Shown here: positions 1 to 13,244 of the stretch, piece by piece
How the letters are laid out: each line of letters begins with the position of its first letter
Numbering within the stretch: the stretch's first letter is position 1
DNA from: Prorocentrum cordatum
Lineage: Eukaryota
Assembly (NCBI GenBank): GCA_963575745.1
Contig: CAUYUJ010000258.1
Location: 1-64,000 of the forward strand
DNA length: 64,000 bases
Reading direction: 5' to 3'
Translations under genes and position numbers: made by a program
Notes under the pieces: generated by a model
Databases searched by the model: none
Seen by the model: the letters and a program-made list of their open reading frames with translations, nothing else
What the model was told of the DNA's origin: nothing

Positions 1-928
1 CTGCCTCCTCTTGCTCCTCCTCCTCCTCCTCCTCCTCCTCTTGCTTTTCCTCTTCACTCCTCCTCCTCCTCACCCTCCTCCTCCTGCTCACCCTCCTCCG
101 CCTCCTCCTCCCTCCTCCTCCTAACTCCTTCCTCCTACCTCGTGCTCCGTCGCCCTCTTTTCGAGAAGCTGCCCGCCGAGCCCGCGGGGGGCGGCGGCCC
201 TCCGCGCCGGCCATGCTGGCATCGCGCCCTGCCATGCTGGCATATGAACATTTGGTTTCAATCCTCCTCCTCCTCCTCCTCCTCCTTCTCCTCGTGGGGT
301 CCCCAGACACCCTCGCGTCGTGAAAAAATCAGGACGGGAGGTTTTTCCTATTTGCAGCCTCGGGGGGCCCTGACCGGGCCTCGGGGCCGTCAAACAACGA
401 GTCGGGGTGGAAAAAATCGGCCCCGGGGGGAAGCGGTCGAGAGGTCGGGGGCCGTGTTCGACTAGACGTAAGAGTGACCTTTCGCCGGAGTGACCTTTGG
501 TGCGGGCACAGATGGGTCCTCAGCTGGCTGAAACGAAGCAGGAGCAGCGGCTTGCGCGCCCAGGTTTGGTCCCCCCTCGGCCCCCAGAAAGCCGCGCACC
601 AAAGGTCACTCTTACCCAGGGTCACTCTTGCGTGTAGCCGACGTGTGTCGAGAAAATCGAGACGCCAGATGGTCGGGGAGGCCTCCAGAGAAGCCACGCG
701 GGGGGACAGGACGGGGGCCTGGGCAGCGCCCGTGGCTCGGGCCCAGGGGCGCCAAACGCAGAGCTCCGTCGCAGCAGCCAGCGCAAAGCTCTCGACGGGA
801 CCCGGGGACCCTCCGCTCCTCCTCCTCTTCCTCCTCCTCCTCCTCCTTCTCCTCCTCTCCCTTCTCCTGGTGCCTGCGGCGTGATGGCGGATGCGTGGAC
901 CTCGGGCAGCGCCGTCACCCAGGAACCG

Positions 929-942
929 TCCTCGTCGTCGTT

Positions 943-991
<49 letters not shown>

Positions 992-997
992 GCGTCA

Positions 998-1033
<36 letters not shown>

Positions 1034-1042
1034 GCGTCGTCA

Positions 1043-1079
<37 letters not shown>

Positions 1080-1450
1080 TGGGAGCCTGCGAGCTTGCCG
1101 TGGCAGGCCGCTGCGGCCCTCGGCCGCCCTGCGCGCTCGCCGCGCCCTGCGCGGGCGCGCCGCGCCCGCGGAGGGGGCCGGAGAGCCGGCCGGGGCGCGG
1201 TCTCCTCCGCCGGGAGGGGCCGCACCCGTCGGGTGCCGTGCGCCCGGCGCCTCCCTGGAGGGCGTCGTCGTCGTCGTCGGCGGCGTCGTCGTCACCGTCC
1301 TCGGCGGCCTCCTCGGCGTGCGTCGGCGTCGGCGTCGACGGCGTCGTCGTCGCCCTCGTCCTCGGCGTCGCTGTCGCCGTCGTCGCCGCCGTCGCCGTCC
1401 TCGGCCTCGTCCTCGGCGTCGTGGTCGCCGCCCTCGTCGTCGGAGCGTCG
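929..1450. repeat. (GTC)n / CGT-rich microsatellite
   Basis: Direct inspection. Confidence 0.9.
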
Positions 1451-2499
1451 TCTCCACGAGGGCTCCCGCCCTCCTCGCCGTGGCCCTCCCGCGCGCATCA
1501 CCCTCCCCGTGCGTCGGCACCCCCGCCTGCGGCTGCACTGGGCGGGCGGCGCTCGTTTTTCGGCAGGCGGGCGCGCCGAGGTTGCATGCTCAAGCCGAGA
1601 AAGGTGATCTTTCGGGTTGGGAGGATGGGGTTGGAGAAATGATTGGATCGTTCGTAATACCTCGTGGTGTGTTGAACGGGCTTGCCGCACAGTCCTGCCC
1701 TGCATCTTGCGGACCCCTTCCTCCCAACACGATACTCGTCTTTTTCACAAGCGGCACACCTCGAGTGCGGTCTCTTCTGCCGCTGCGTCTGTGCATGCGC
1801 TGATGCTAGGGCCGTCACGCTTTTTCATCACCCTGTGGCTGACAGCCAGCCTCTGGTGCGGGTTGTAGTAGAAGTCTAGCGGACACGCGCGGCGGTGCCC
1901 GTGTCTAGAAACGTTCGCCTCGTGCCTCTCCTCGGCGCCCGGGCACACGTCGCATCTTCGGGGGACCTCTCGTCCGTCCCCAAGATTGTTTTTTTTGTGC
2001 CCGACGCGGGCTCGATGCGGACTCGACGCTTATTTGGCGTGGATTCGACGCGGATTCGGTGCGGACCTCGACGAGCCCGACGTGGATTCGACGCGGCTTG
2101 GTGCGCGACGGGACAGACGTGGCCCCCCGAAGATGCAGACGAGGTCCCGCTCGCGGTGGGGCGCGCGCCACCGCGAGCGACGCCTTGTCGGAGTGGCATT
2201 GGCAATTTCGACGGCGCGCAGAGGGGAGGGGGGTGGCCGCAAAGGGGCGGCCTTCTAGGAAGGCTGGGGGTTCTTCTTGGAAGGCCCCTGGCTCCGAAGA
2301 CCCCCCCCTGCCTGATGGCCTTCGGCCCATCCCTTCACCGCACTGCTTGGCCCTTTGGGTATCTTGGGATGCATACAGGGGGCCTTGTGAAGGTGTCTTG
2401 GTGCCTCCCTGTGGGCTTCTTGGGGGCCTTTTTCGGGGCCTCTTCGGCACACGCGTAGACGCCCGCACCGCCCTGATGACATTGCTGCCACTCCTCCTC

Positions 2500-3882
2500 G
2501 CGTGCACACACACGCACACACGCACGCACGCACGCACGCGCACGCGCAAACGCACGCGCACACGCACACGCACTCGCACACACAAAGAAACACACAAACA
2601 CACGCACACACACACACGCACACACACAGACGCACACACACACACGTGCGCACACACACTCACACTTTTTGGCGTCGCGGCGCCGCGCGCAGCGACAGGG
2701 CGTCCACCACATAGACACACACGCACACAAACACACACGGACGTACGCACGCACACACAACACACAACACACAGCACACGGCACACACGCACACACACAC
2801 GAGCACGCACGCACGCACACTTAACACATAAAACACAACACACAGCACACAACAGACAGCACACAGTACACAACACACATCACACAACACACACCACACA
2901 GCACAAAACACATAGCATACATCACACAACCTACACACACGCAGCACACACGCACGCAAGCACGCATGCACACACGCACGCGCACGCACACACACACACA
3001 CACGCACACGCACACGCACACGCACACGCACACGCACACGCACACGCACACGCACACGCACACGCACACGCACACGCACACGCACACGCACACGCACACG
3101 CACACGCACACGCACACGCACACGCACACGCACACGCACACGCACACGCACACGCACACGCACACGCACACGCACACGCACACGCACACGCACACGCACA
3201 CGCACACGCACACGCACACGCACACGCACACGCACACGCACACGCACACGCACACGCACACGCACACGCACACGCACACGCACACGCACACGCACACGCA
3301 CACGCACACACGCACACGCACACGCACACGCACACGCCACGCACACGCACACGCACACGCACACGCACACGCACACGCACACGCACACGCACACGCACCG
3401 CACACGCACACGCACGCACACGCACACGCACACGCACACGCCCACGCCCACGCCCACGCCCACGCCCACGCCCACGCCCACGCCCACGCCCACGCCCACG
3501 CCACACGCCCACGCCCACGCCCACGCCCACGCCCACGCCCACGCCCACGCCCACGCCCACGCCCACGCCCACGCCCACGCCCACGCCCACGCCCACGCCC
3601 ACGCCGCCCACGCCCACGCCCACGCCCACGCCACACGCCCACGCCCACGCCCACGCCACGCACACGCACACGCACACGCACACGCACACGCACACGCACA
3701 CGCACACGCACACGCACACGCACACGCACACGCACACACACGCACACGCACACGCACACGCACACGCACACGCACACTCACACGCCACACGCAACACGCA
3801 CACGCACACGCACACGCACACGCACACGCACACGCACACGCACACCACACCCACACCCACACCACACCCACACCCACACCCA

Positions 3883-3917
<35 letters not shown>

Positions 3918-4990
3918 GCGCACACACGGACGCACACGCGCACACGCACGCACACGCACGCACGCACACACGCACAGATACACACACACACACTCACTCA
4001 CACACACACACACTCCCTCGAACCCTCTCATACACACGCGCACACGCACTCACGCAGACACGCACACAGACAAACGCAACCACGCGCTCACACACGCACG
4101 CACACACACACACGCACGCACACACACAGACACACGCACGCAAGCACACACACGCACACGCACACAAACACGCACACGCACACGCACACGCACACGCACG
4201 CACGCAAGCACGCACACACGCAAACACGCGCACACCCGCGCACCCGCGCACACGCGCACTCGCGCGCACGCGCACACGCGCACACGCGCACACGCGCACA
4301 CGCGCACGCGCACACGCGCACACGCGCACACACACACACCCACACACGCACACGCACACACGCACACCCACACCCACACCCACACCCACACCCACACCCA
4401 CACCCACACCCGCACCCGCACGCGCACGCGCACGCGCACGCGCACGCGCACGCACGCACGCACGCCCCCCTCCCCCCCCCACACACAACACACACTACAC
4501 ACCACAGTCACCTCACAACACGCACACCACACACACACACCACACACACAACACCACACACAACACACACACAACACACACAACACACACAACGCACACA
4601 ACACACAACACACACAGACCACACGACGCACCACACACACCACACAACACACAACACACATCACACACAACACACAACACACAGCCCGCACATCCCACAC
4701 ATCCCACACACCACACACAACATACACACAACACACAACTCAGACTCACACTCACATTCACACTCGCACTCACACTCACACCCACACTCACACTCGCACT
4801 CACACTCACACTCACACTCACACGCACACGCACACGCACACACAGGCACACGCACACGCACACGCACATGCACATGCACAATTCACACAACACACAACAC
4901 AAAAATCTCAGCGCACACACAACACACATAGCACACACAGCCCACACAACCACAGCACACAACACGCACACACACACACTCACACTCGCG
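2500..4990. repeat. Compound CA-rich microsatellite: (CACACG)n, (CCCACG)n, (CA)n
   Basis: Direct inspection. Confidence 0.95.
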
Positions 4991-5934
4991 CACGATTTTG
5001 TGCTTCGTGCGGCCCGCTCCGCGCGAGGCTTCCGCACGCTCGTGGAGGGACTGCGAGGAGGAGGAAGAGGAGCAGGAGGAGGAGGAGGACGAAGCTGACG
5101 AAGAGGAGAAGGAGGAGGAAGAGAAGGATGACGAAGGGGAGGAGGAGGAGGAGGAGGAGGACGAGGATGACGAAGAGGACGAAGATAAGGAGGATGAGGA
5201 GGAGGATGAGAAGGAAGGTTACGAGCTTCATCCTCTGCCTCCTCCTCTCCCCTTCCCCTCCGTGTGCTGCTCCTCCTTCCCCTACTGACTGTCTCTTGGC
5301 CGGGACTGCTCTCAGACCTTTTGGATTCCCGGTGCGTGCCTTCTCTTTTCTCTCCGCTCCCTCTTTTCTCCTCCTCAGTTCCCCCTCCTCTTCCTCTTCT
5401 TCCTCCTCCTCCCGTTCTTATCCTCCTCTGCCCTCTCCTGCTTCCCGCCCTAGAGCAGTTGTGGCCCTCCTGGATGACGAGGCCCTCCCGAATGGCGAGG
5501 CGGAGCCGAGAGCACACGCCCTTCGAGGCGGCCGCCTCGTTAGCACGGCGGCCTTGAGAGCTGCGAGCGAAGGGGCCGCTGCTGCTACGACCGTGCGCGC
5601 GCGCTTCAAGCAAATGGGCGCATCGCGATGTTTTTTTTATCGCTCGATGGGCCCGCAGAGGCCTCGGGCGTCCTGCGAAGGTCAGCGTCGACGAAGGGTG
5701 TGTCTCTGGATTTCGTATAGTAGGGTTCCTTATCGTATGTGTCTACTCTAGCGTGTCGTGTCCGCTGCTGCGACACGCTAAGCAACAGTTCCAAGCCGTG
5801 TTGTCCTTATCCTGCCCCTCTTTGCTCGTCCCCACAAGACCAGGCGCAGCGTCGAGGATCTGCAGGCGCGGCTGATCCGCAAGGATGGGCTCGGCGGGAT
5901 GTGGGAGGCTTTCCTGGAACGGAAGAACCAGTGC

Positions 5935-6449
5935 CATACATACATACATACAGACAGACAGACAGACAGACATACATACATGTATGCATGCATACATACA
6001 CATCTATGTATGACATACAGAGAAAGAGAGAGAGAGAGAGAGAACGACAGAGAGAGAGAGAGAGAACCAAGAGAGAGAAACAAGAGAGAGAGAGAGAGAG
6101 ATAGAGAGAGGACGAGGAGGAGGAGGAGGACGTGGATGACGACGATTGCGATGCTGATTGTGATGAGTACGGTGGTGATGACGACGATGTGGAGAACGGT
6201 TCGGATGCTAATTCCGATGATGATGCTGATGCTGATGACGATGATGATGATGCTGATGATGACGACGATGATGATGATGAGGATGATGATGATGGCTGTG
6301 GCAACGATGATAGTGATGACGACGGTGTTGACGATCATGATGGTAGTGGTAGTGGTGGTTGTTATGGCGACGGTGATGACTAGGAGGGAGGTGATGACGA
6401 ATATGACGACGACAATGATGACGATGATGATGTTGCTGCTGCTGCTGCC

Positions 6450-6480
<31 letters not shown>

Positions 6481-7050
6481 ATCATGATGATGACTATGAT
6501 GAGGATGATGATGAGGGTGAGGATGGGGGTGAGGGAGACGGGGATTGAGGATGATGATAGTGCTGCTTCTGATGATGTTGATGATGATTTTGGCGATGGT
6601 AATTGCGCCGATGCTGATGATGCCGATGCTGTCGGCGATGATGATGACAATGATGTTGATGGTCATGATGATGCTGCCCATGATGATGCTGATGACGAGG
6701 AGGATGCGGAGGAATTAGGGGAAGGAGGAGTAGGGAGGAGCAGGGGGACGAGGGGGAGGATGATAGGAAGGATGAGGATGAGGCTGACGATTCTGATGAT
6801 TTTGATGCTGAGGATGCTGATGATGCTGATGATCATGATGCTGATGATGATGTCGATGCTGCTGATGGTGGTGATGATGATGATTGTGATGACGATCATG
6901 TCAATGATCATGATGAAAACGATGACGATGCTGATAATGATGATGGTGATGCTGAGGATGCTGATGCTGATGATGATGATGAGGAAGAGAATGAGGATGA
7001 CGATGAGGATCAAGATGATAATGAGGATGAGGAGGAGGAGAAGGAAGAGT
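5935..7050. repeat. (CATA)n, (GA)n and degenerate (GAT)n microsatellites
   Basis: Direct inspection. Confidence 0.9.
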
Positions 7051-7447
7051 GAAGAGTGGAACTGAGGTCGTGCTCTCCCATGGCCTTGTTGTTCGCCAGG
7101 GCTTGTATGTACAGTAGCATACAAGGATCAGGCACACATCTGTCTTAACAGTATCTGGCCCTGCGACAAATCCATGAGTAGTGGCATACCCCACTTCTCC
7201 AAGATCGACAAGCTGAAAGTACACACACACACGGCATTGTATGTGCCACGTCTCATTTTTGAGAGGTGGTATCTGAGTGTATCATTTCAGCTGGGGAGCA
7301 ACCAGCATGATTGACATCTCGATGCTGTGCCAGTGCCCAGGACAGCGTGATATTTGTATGACGCTGGGTAGCACATGGAATAGAAAGGTGATACCACACA
7401 GAGAAGGGTACATCGGATGACTCTTTCTGAAGTGCTGGAGGGGTCGC

Positions 7448-7969
7448 GCACACACCACCAACACACACCCACATACATCGCCCAGCACGCGACACACACA
7501 CACACACACCAGACGACGCACAACACAACACACAACACACAACGACCAACATATAACATCCAGCACACAACACGCAGCACACAATCCACACGGCACACAG
7601 CACACACAACAACGCACACAACACACATATATTCACAGACGCACACACATGCACCGCACACAACCAACGCAGCACACAAACCATACCACACACGGACAGC
7701 CACACACACCACACCCACGACACACGCAGGCACGCACTCACACAACACGCACACAACACACGCAACACACACATACACTACACACAGCATGCCCACACAC
7801 GCAAACAAATTCACACACTGACGGACGCACACGCACACGCACACGCACACGCACCCACACACGCACACGCACATGCCTCCCCAACCAAACACATACACAC
7901 ACCCACACACACACATACGCACACACACGCGCACACTCACGCACGCGCACACGCACACGCACACGCATC

Positions 7970-8010
<41 letters not shown>

Positions 8011-8134
8011 GCACACGCACACGCACACGCACAAGCGCACACGCACAAGCGCACACGCACACGCACACGCACACGCACGCACACGCACCCGCACACGCAG
8101 CGCACACGCGCGCACACGCACACGCACGCACACG

Positions 8135-8167
<33 letters not shown>

Positions 8168-8720
8168 ACACACGCACACCGCACACGCACGCGCACACGC
8201 ACGCGCGCACACGCGCACACGCGCACACGCACACACGCACACGCGCACACGCACACACGCACGCACGCACACACGCTCACACGCGCACGCGAACACACGC
8301 ATTCACGCACAAACGCACACGCACACGCACACGCACGCACGCACGCACGCGTGCACACTTACACGCACACGCACACGCACACGCACACGCAGACACACGC
8401 ACACGCACACGCACGCACGCACACGCACGCGCACACACGCACACGCACACGCACACGCACACGCACACGCACATGCGCACGCGTACGCGCACACGCTCAC
8501 GCACACGCACACGCACACACCCGCAGCCACACTCTCACACACATACACCGCATACACAAACAAGACACAGCACACACAGCACACACGACACACACACAGG
8601 CACTCTCACACACCATTCACATCAACACACAATACACAACACACAACATGCACAACACTTACAGCACTTACAGCACTTACAACGCTCACAACGCTTTCAA
8701 CATACAACGCGCAAAACACA
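7448..8720. repeat. CA-rich compound microsatellite (left flank of YR element)
   Basis: Direct inspection. Confidence 0.9.
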
Positions 8721-8790
8721 ATGACCAACGACCCCGTGAATACCTGTGTGCCGGAGGTAGCAAGAGAGTGTTCCATAGCTTTTTTGGTTC
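8721..8790 (+). repeat. Split direct repeat A1 of YR retrotransposon
   Basis: ATGACCAACGACCCCGTGAATACCTGTGTG...TTTTTGGTTC, repeated at 16172-16241. Confidence 0.95.
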
Positions 8791-8906
8791 AGTCAGCTGG
8801 CATTCGAAAGGTCCGTCCGGCAGCGAGCGGAAGCCCAGATACCGCTCTACCTGCCTTCGGCGCCTTCTTCGGGTGCAGGGCTCGCCCTCAGCCCAGCCGC
8901 GCGCGG

Positions 8907-10377
8907 ATGATGCCGCCGCTGCGGAGGCGCCCTGCCGGTGCGGGTCGCGGCGGAGGAGGTGTCGCCAAGCGACCGGCCGGCGCTCCAGGCGGAGGGAGAG
9001 CGGCGCGCTCGCGGAGCCAAGCCCGGCAGCCCAGGAGGGCGGCACGCGGCGAGGCCGAGGACGAGCCTGAAGCAGAGTCAGGCCCTTCTGGGGAGACATG
9101 GTATAAAAATCAGTCTTTTGAGCTCGGGCCGGGCTCCATCCTCGAGGTTGCACTCCACGGGGATGCGAGCACCTCATTCTGCAAGCTGCTGAAGATGCAT
9201 TCCGGCGAGGTTGGCGGCCACTACTATGACGTGTGGTGGTGTGGCAGCGGGGACAGAGGGGAACGTTCAGAGCTCAAGAGCGCGTACAAGGAGAATATCA
9301 AGCCAGACCTGCACCTCTGCGATTCTTCCTCGTGCAAGGGGGCGAAGGGTCGCCGGTCGGTGCTGCACGCCCACCGGTGGCGACTGCGCAGCGCCTCGGC
9401 GATCACCGAGAACCATTTCACCAACCCCCCGCCGACAGCTGTGGCGAATGCCGAGGAGGATGAGGAGGAGGAAGGTGCCGCTGCGGATGATCGCGTGGCC
9501 GGCTATCAGGGCAGGACTGAGCTGAAGAAGAGGCTGGAGGTCCTCAAGGCGAGGCTTGGTAAGGAGAGGTCGCCTGCAGGCGGCGGCCAGCCTGCGAAGA
9601 GGAGGAAGAAGGAGGACGAGGACGATGTCGATGATGAGCCACAGCGTCGGGGTTCCGTACTCGATCGTCCTGGGAATGCTGATGCAGCCTCCTCGCGCTT
9701 CAAGATGTCTGTTAAGGATGCCCTGGAGGAGGTCCACCAGCGCTTCAGTGATAAGCAGGATGAGGAGAGAGCCAGGCGGAAGAGAAGGAAGCGTTCGTCA
9801 CACGAACGTCATGGCCATCACCGGCGCCGTTCGCCCAGCCCTTCGACAGGTAAGTCTTCGAGTGCCTCCTCACATTCGCGTTTTCGCGGAGCCCGGGCCC
9901 CACACGAGCGCTTACAGCACCGTATGAGGGAGCGACCGGGCGAGATCTTGAGAGCAGGCGTTGGACAAGATGCGTACGTACCTCATACAGAGGGAGGGGG
10001 TCGACGACGCCAAGCTCTCGGGCTTATCGCCCGTGTTCGAGGCCTGCCTGACCGGCGTCTTCTTCCCAGGCGCGGGTCGCGACGTCTCTCTCCGGAACCG
10101 CGACGAGCTGAGGACGCTGGCAGCAGCAGTGGACCACATACTGCGGGGCGACACCCTCAAGGCGGCGGAGATGCTGGTGTGCCGGTTCCAAGCCGTGGAG
10201 ATTTCCCACGTGGACGGCTCGTGGCACTTCGCCCGTCACCTCACGGCGCTGGGGGAGGCGGCCGTCTCCAGCGTGACCAGCGAGGAGCGGGCCAAGGCGG
10301 TGCGGGCCGAGCAGAGGGAGCTGAAACTCAAGGCATTGGCCCAGGGCCTCGGGCAGCGAAAAGATGCGACCTACTGA
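8907..10377 (+). pseudogene. Gag-like ORF1 of YR retrotransposon (frameshift near 9955)
   Basis: ATG at 8907 (MMPPLRRRPA...), HLC...C...LH segment and Arg/Ser-rich region. Continues in another frame (9961-10377) with the helical block RDELRTLAAAVDHILRGDTLKAAEMLVCRFQAVE...GSWHFARHL. First ORF of the element. Confidence 0.7.
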
Positions 10378-11424
10378 GGGTGGGGCCGCGGAGCGTTGGA
10401 GCCCCCCAGCGCTCCCACCCCCTTCGGGAACAGTCGCGGGGCCCCCGCCTCCTCCTGGTCAACATGGCGCGGAGATGCCTTCGGAGGGCCCTGGGTCAGC
10501 CATGAGAGACCCTGCCTTCGGAGTCCGGAGGGTTTCTCTCGCCGCCGCCCCGGAGGCGAGCAGATCCGCCCCCCGGCTGACGGCGGGTCCCAGGGCGAGC
10601 GAGGGGGCGCCATGGAGGGGCCCGGCTGCTGCGGCGAGACCAGTAGGCCAGCATCCGCCCAGGGTGGAACGGGCTCTTCCGGACGGTCGGCCACCCGGCA
10701 GCCAAGGTGCTGGGACGCAGGGTCGAACGCGCCCAGGGCTGAAGAGAGGGAACTGGGTGGCGAAGAAGATCGAGGAGAGGAAAGCCGCGCAGGCAGCACG
10801 GAGGTCCGCCCGAGGTCAGCGGTGAAGGAGGCAGACGAGGACAGCGACGAGGAGTTGCGGCGGATTTCCCGGCGGCTGGGCGAGCCTGGCCTGGACATGG
10901 CCATGCTGGGGAGCATGCTTTACGAGTTCGCGCACATGCATCCTGAGTCAGTTCATGCTGGGGTTTCTCGCCTGCTTCGTGCACGCGATGGGTGCCCTTC
11001 CACCCGCTGGGTCTGGGCCGAAACATCTCGGTGTGGTAGTCTCTCGGAACATGGATACACCCTGATGTCGTTCTGGCGCCGCGGCTCGCTGCCGCCGTCG
11101 GGATCCTCGTTGGACTTACCACCTCGTCGTCTGTGCTACTTGACAGGCTGGGGCTGACGTCCTCGGGTCGTTCCCTTGTCCGCACCTGGACGTTGGAACG
11201 TTACCGCGCCATTTTGGCTGCGCTAGGTGGTCTCGGTGCCTACCTCAGGCCTGTTGGACGCACCTGCATGCCCGTTCAGGGGCTGTCACGGCACCTGGAT
11301 TGCATCGGCTTCGGCTTCCTGGACGCTGCCGTGAGCCGCCTGATCCGCGGCCCTGCGCGCGTTAGGTAATTTAGTCGCGTCCGCGGCCCGTTCGCGACCT
11401 TCCGCCGCTGGCGCTTCCGCCTGC

Positions 11425-11509
<85 letters not shown>

Positions 11510-11619
11510 TATTTTTTTTTTCTCCTTTTCCTTTTGTTTATATATATATATATATGTATAAACAAAAAACGCGCTGGGTTAGAGCGTAGCGTGGGGGGCC
11601 GGGCGCGCCGTTACGACGG

Positions 11620-12960
11620 ATTCGGCGTGCCTCCTCTCCTACCTCTGCCCTTGCCTTCAGATTCCGGGGAGGAATACGCCCTCAGCCTTGCAGACATCCC
11701 CAGCGATCAACAGACTCACCTGGGAGCGAAGCGCCTGCTACTTGCTCCAAGCCTGGCCGTGCGCAAGTGGTTATTCGTCATCGTGGTTCTGCTGAGCGCT
11801 TGGTACATGGGCGAGCAGCCTGCCTACACGATGCCTCCTAAGCCTTCGCTGCAGCAGCGGGTGGCGTATGCGCAACTCGCAGCACAGGTGGCCTTCTTCG
11901 TCGAGGGCCACGCCATTGTCACGCCGGCTCGCAATTGGTCGAGTTATCTGCACTCCAAGGATATCACTTACGAGGGCGAGGCGGCACAGAGAGCGCAGGC
12001 ACTTAGTTGGGCACAGGTCCTCCCAGACTTACCGCCGAAGGACAGGTGCGCCGCCCTGGACGTCATGCGTCTGGCCGCTGGCCCCGTCGCGCGTTACCTC
12101 GCCAAGCTGGCGGAGAGCCTTGTGGACCTCGGTTCTTTTCGAAAACGGCCGCGCCCGGGCAAGATGCTCATCAAGTCTGGCGAGGCTGTGCCGCTTGCGA
12201 CGGGCCTGTATGAGCGCCGCCTTCTTGTCCCACTCCTGGAGGAAGACTTGGTCAAGGTTGCAGGCGAGCCGCTGTTGAACGGCTGGTTTGGCATCGGAAA
12301 GGGCGAGTTTTTTGATGAGCACGCTCCGGAGCATCCTGGTGATGAAGTCCTTCGATTGATAATGAACTTGACCGCTACTAATGAGTGCGCAAGGGGGTTC
12401 GGTGGCGACATTGCGGCTTTACCGTATTTTTGCCAATGGAAGGCGTTCAGCGCTGATGAGGAACACTCTCTGACTTGGTCTTGGGACGACTTAAAAGGAG
12501 CATATTACATATTTTCTTTCCCAGAATGTTGGGCGCCGTATTTCGCCTTCGATATGAAGTTCAAGACGGCCGATTTCATGCTCCCCTCCAGGTTCGATGG
12601 CCACTGCGCCGGCTTCACATCTTAGGCAGGCCCTCGCCTTATCATTCGCTGCCGCTGGAGCGGGAGCTGCGCAAGGACAAGCCGGTCCCACTTCTGGCCC
12701 CCTCGAGGAATTCCAGAAGCTCTGGCAGGTATACTGCGACGACAGTGACTTCCCAGAGCTTGTCCCCTTGCTGTACGGCGACTCTGGCTCGGCCGAGGAT
12801 GTGCCAGGATCTAGTCCGCCTAGGGTGCGTTCCAACCCGTTCCAGGACGAGGCCAGGCGTCACTTCGAGGAGTACGGGCTGTCGCTTTCCAGGAAAAGCG
12901 GGACGCAAGAGGATGAGGCGAGACGACTAGGAGCTTGTACTCATGGTTCTTAGGCGGTCT
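11620..12960 (+). pseudogene. Reverse transcriptase domain of YR retrotransposon (frameshifted)
   Basis: LNGWFGIGK, LRLIMNL and WSWDDLKGAYY (RT motif A) in ORF 11534-12625; WQVYCDD (YxDD motif C) in ORF 12597-12953. The motif B region appears lost or frameshifted near 12600. Confidence 0.85.
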
Positions 12961-13244
12961 TGTGGCCAGGCGCCCACAGGTGGGCCGATGTGCTGGGCCT
13001 TACTGGCCACGTGCTCTCACGCCGGCGGACAGCGCGCAAGCCTCTGCAGATCTTGGCTGGACATTGGAACCATGTGTGCACTTTCCGCCGGGAGGTCTCT
13101 GGGGCCTTGCACGGCACGTGGCAGTTCATCACATTCTGGCTGGAAGCAGGGCAGCGCGACCTCGACATCAGCATCTTGCGCGAGTTCCTCGGCCTGTTGA
13201 TCATGGCGCCCTTGGTGCAGTTTAACCTCCGGAGCCCAGTGTCG

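Noticed and set aside
2059..5751. 1230-aa ORF and other long His/Thr/Arg- or Cys/Val-rich ORFs (also 7287-8593, 16263-18325, 37124-39228)
   Set aside because: Translations of CA/GT microsatellites that lack stop codons; no domain content.
5899..7065. Met-rich 388-aa ORF
   Set aside because: Translation of a degenerate (GAT)n tract.
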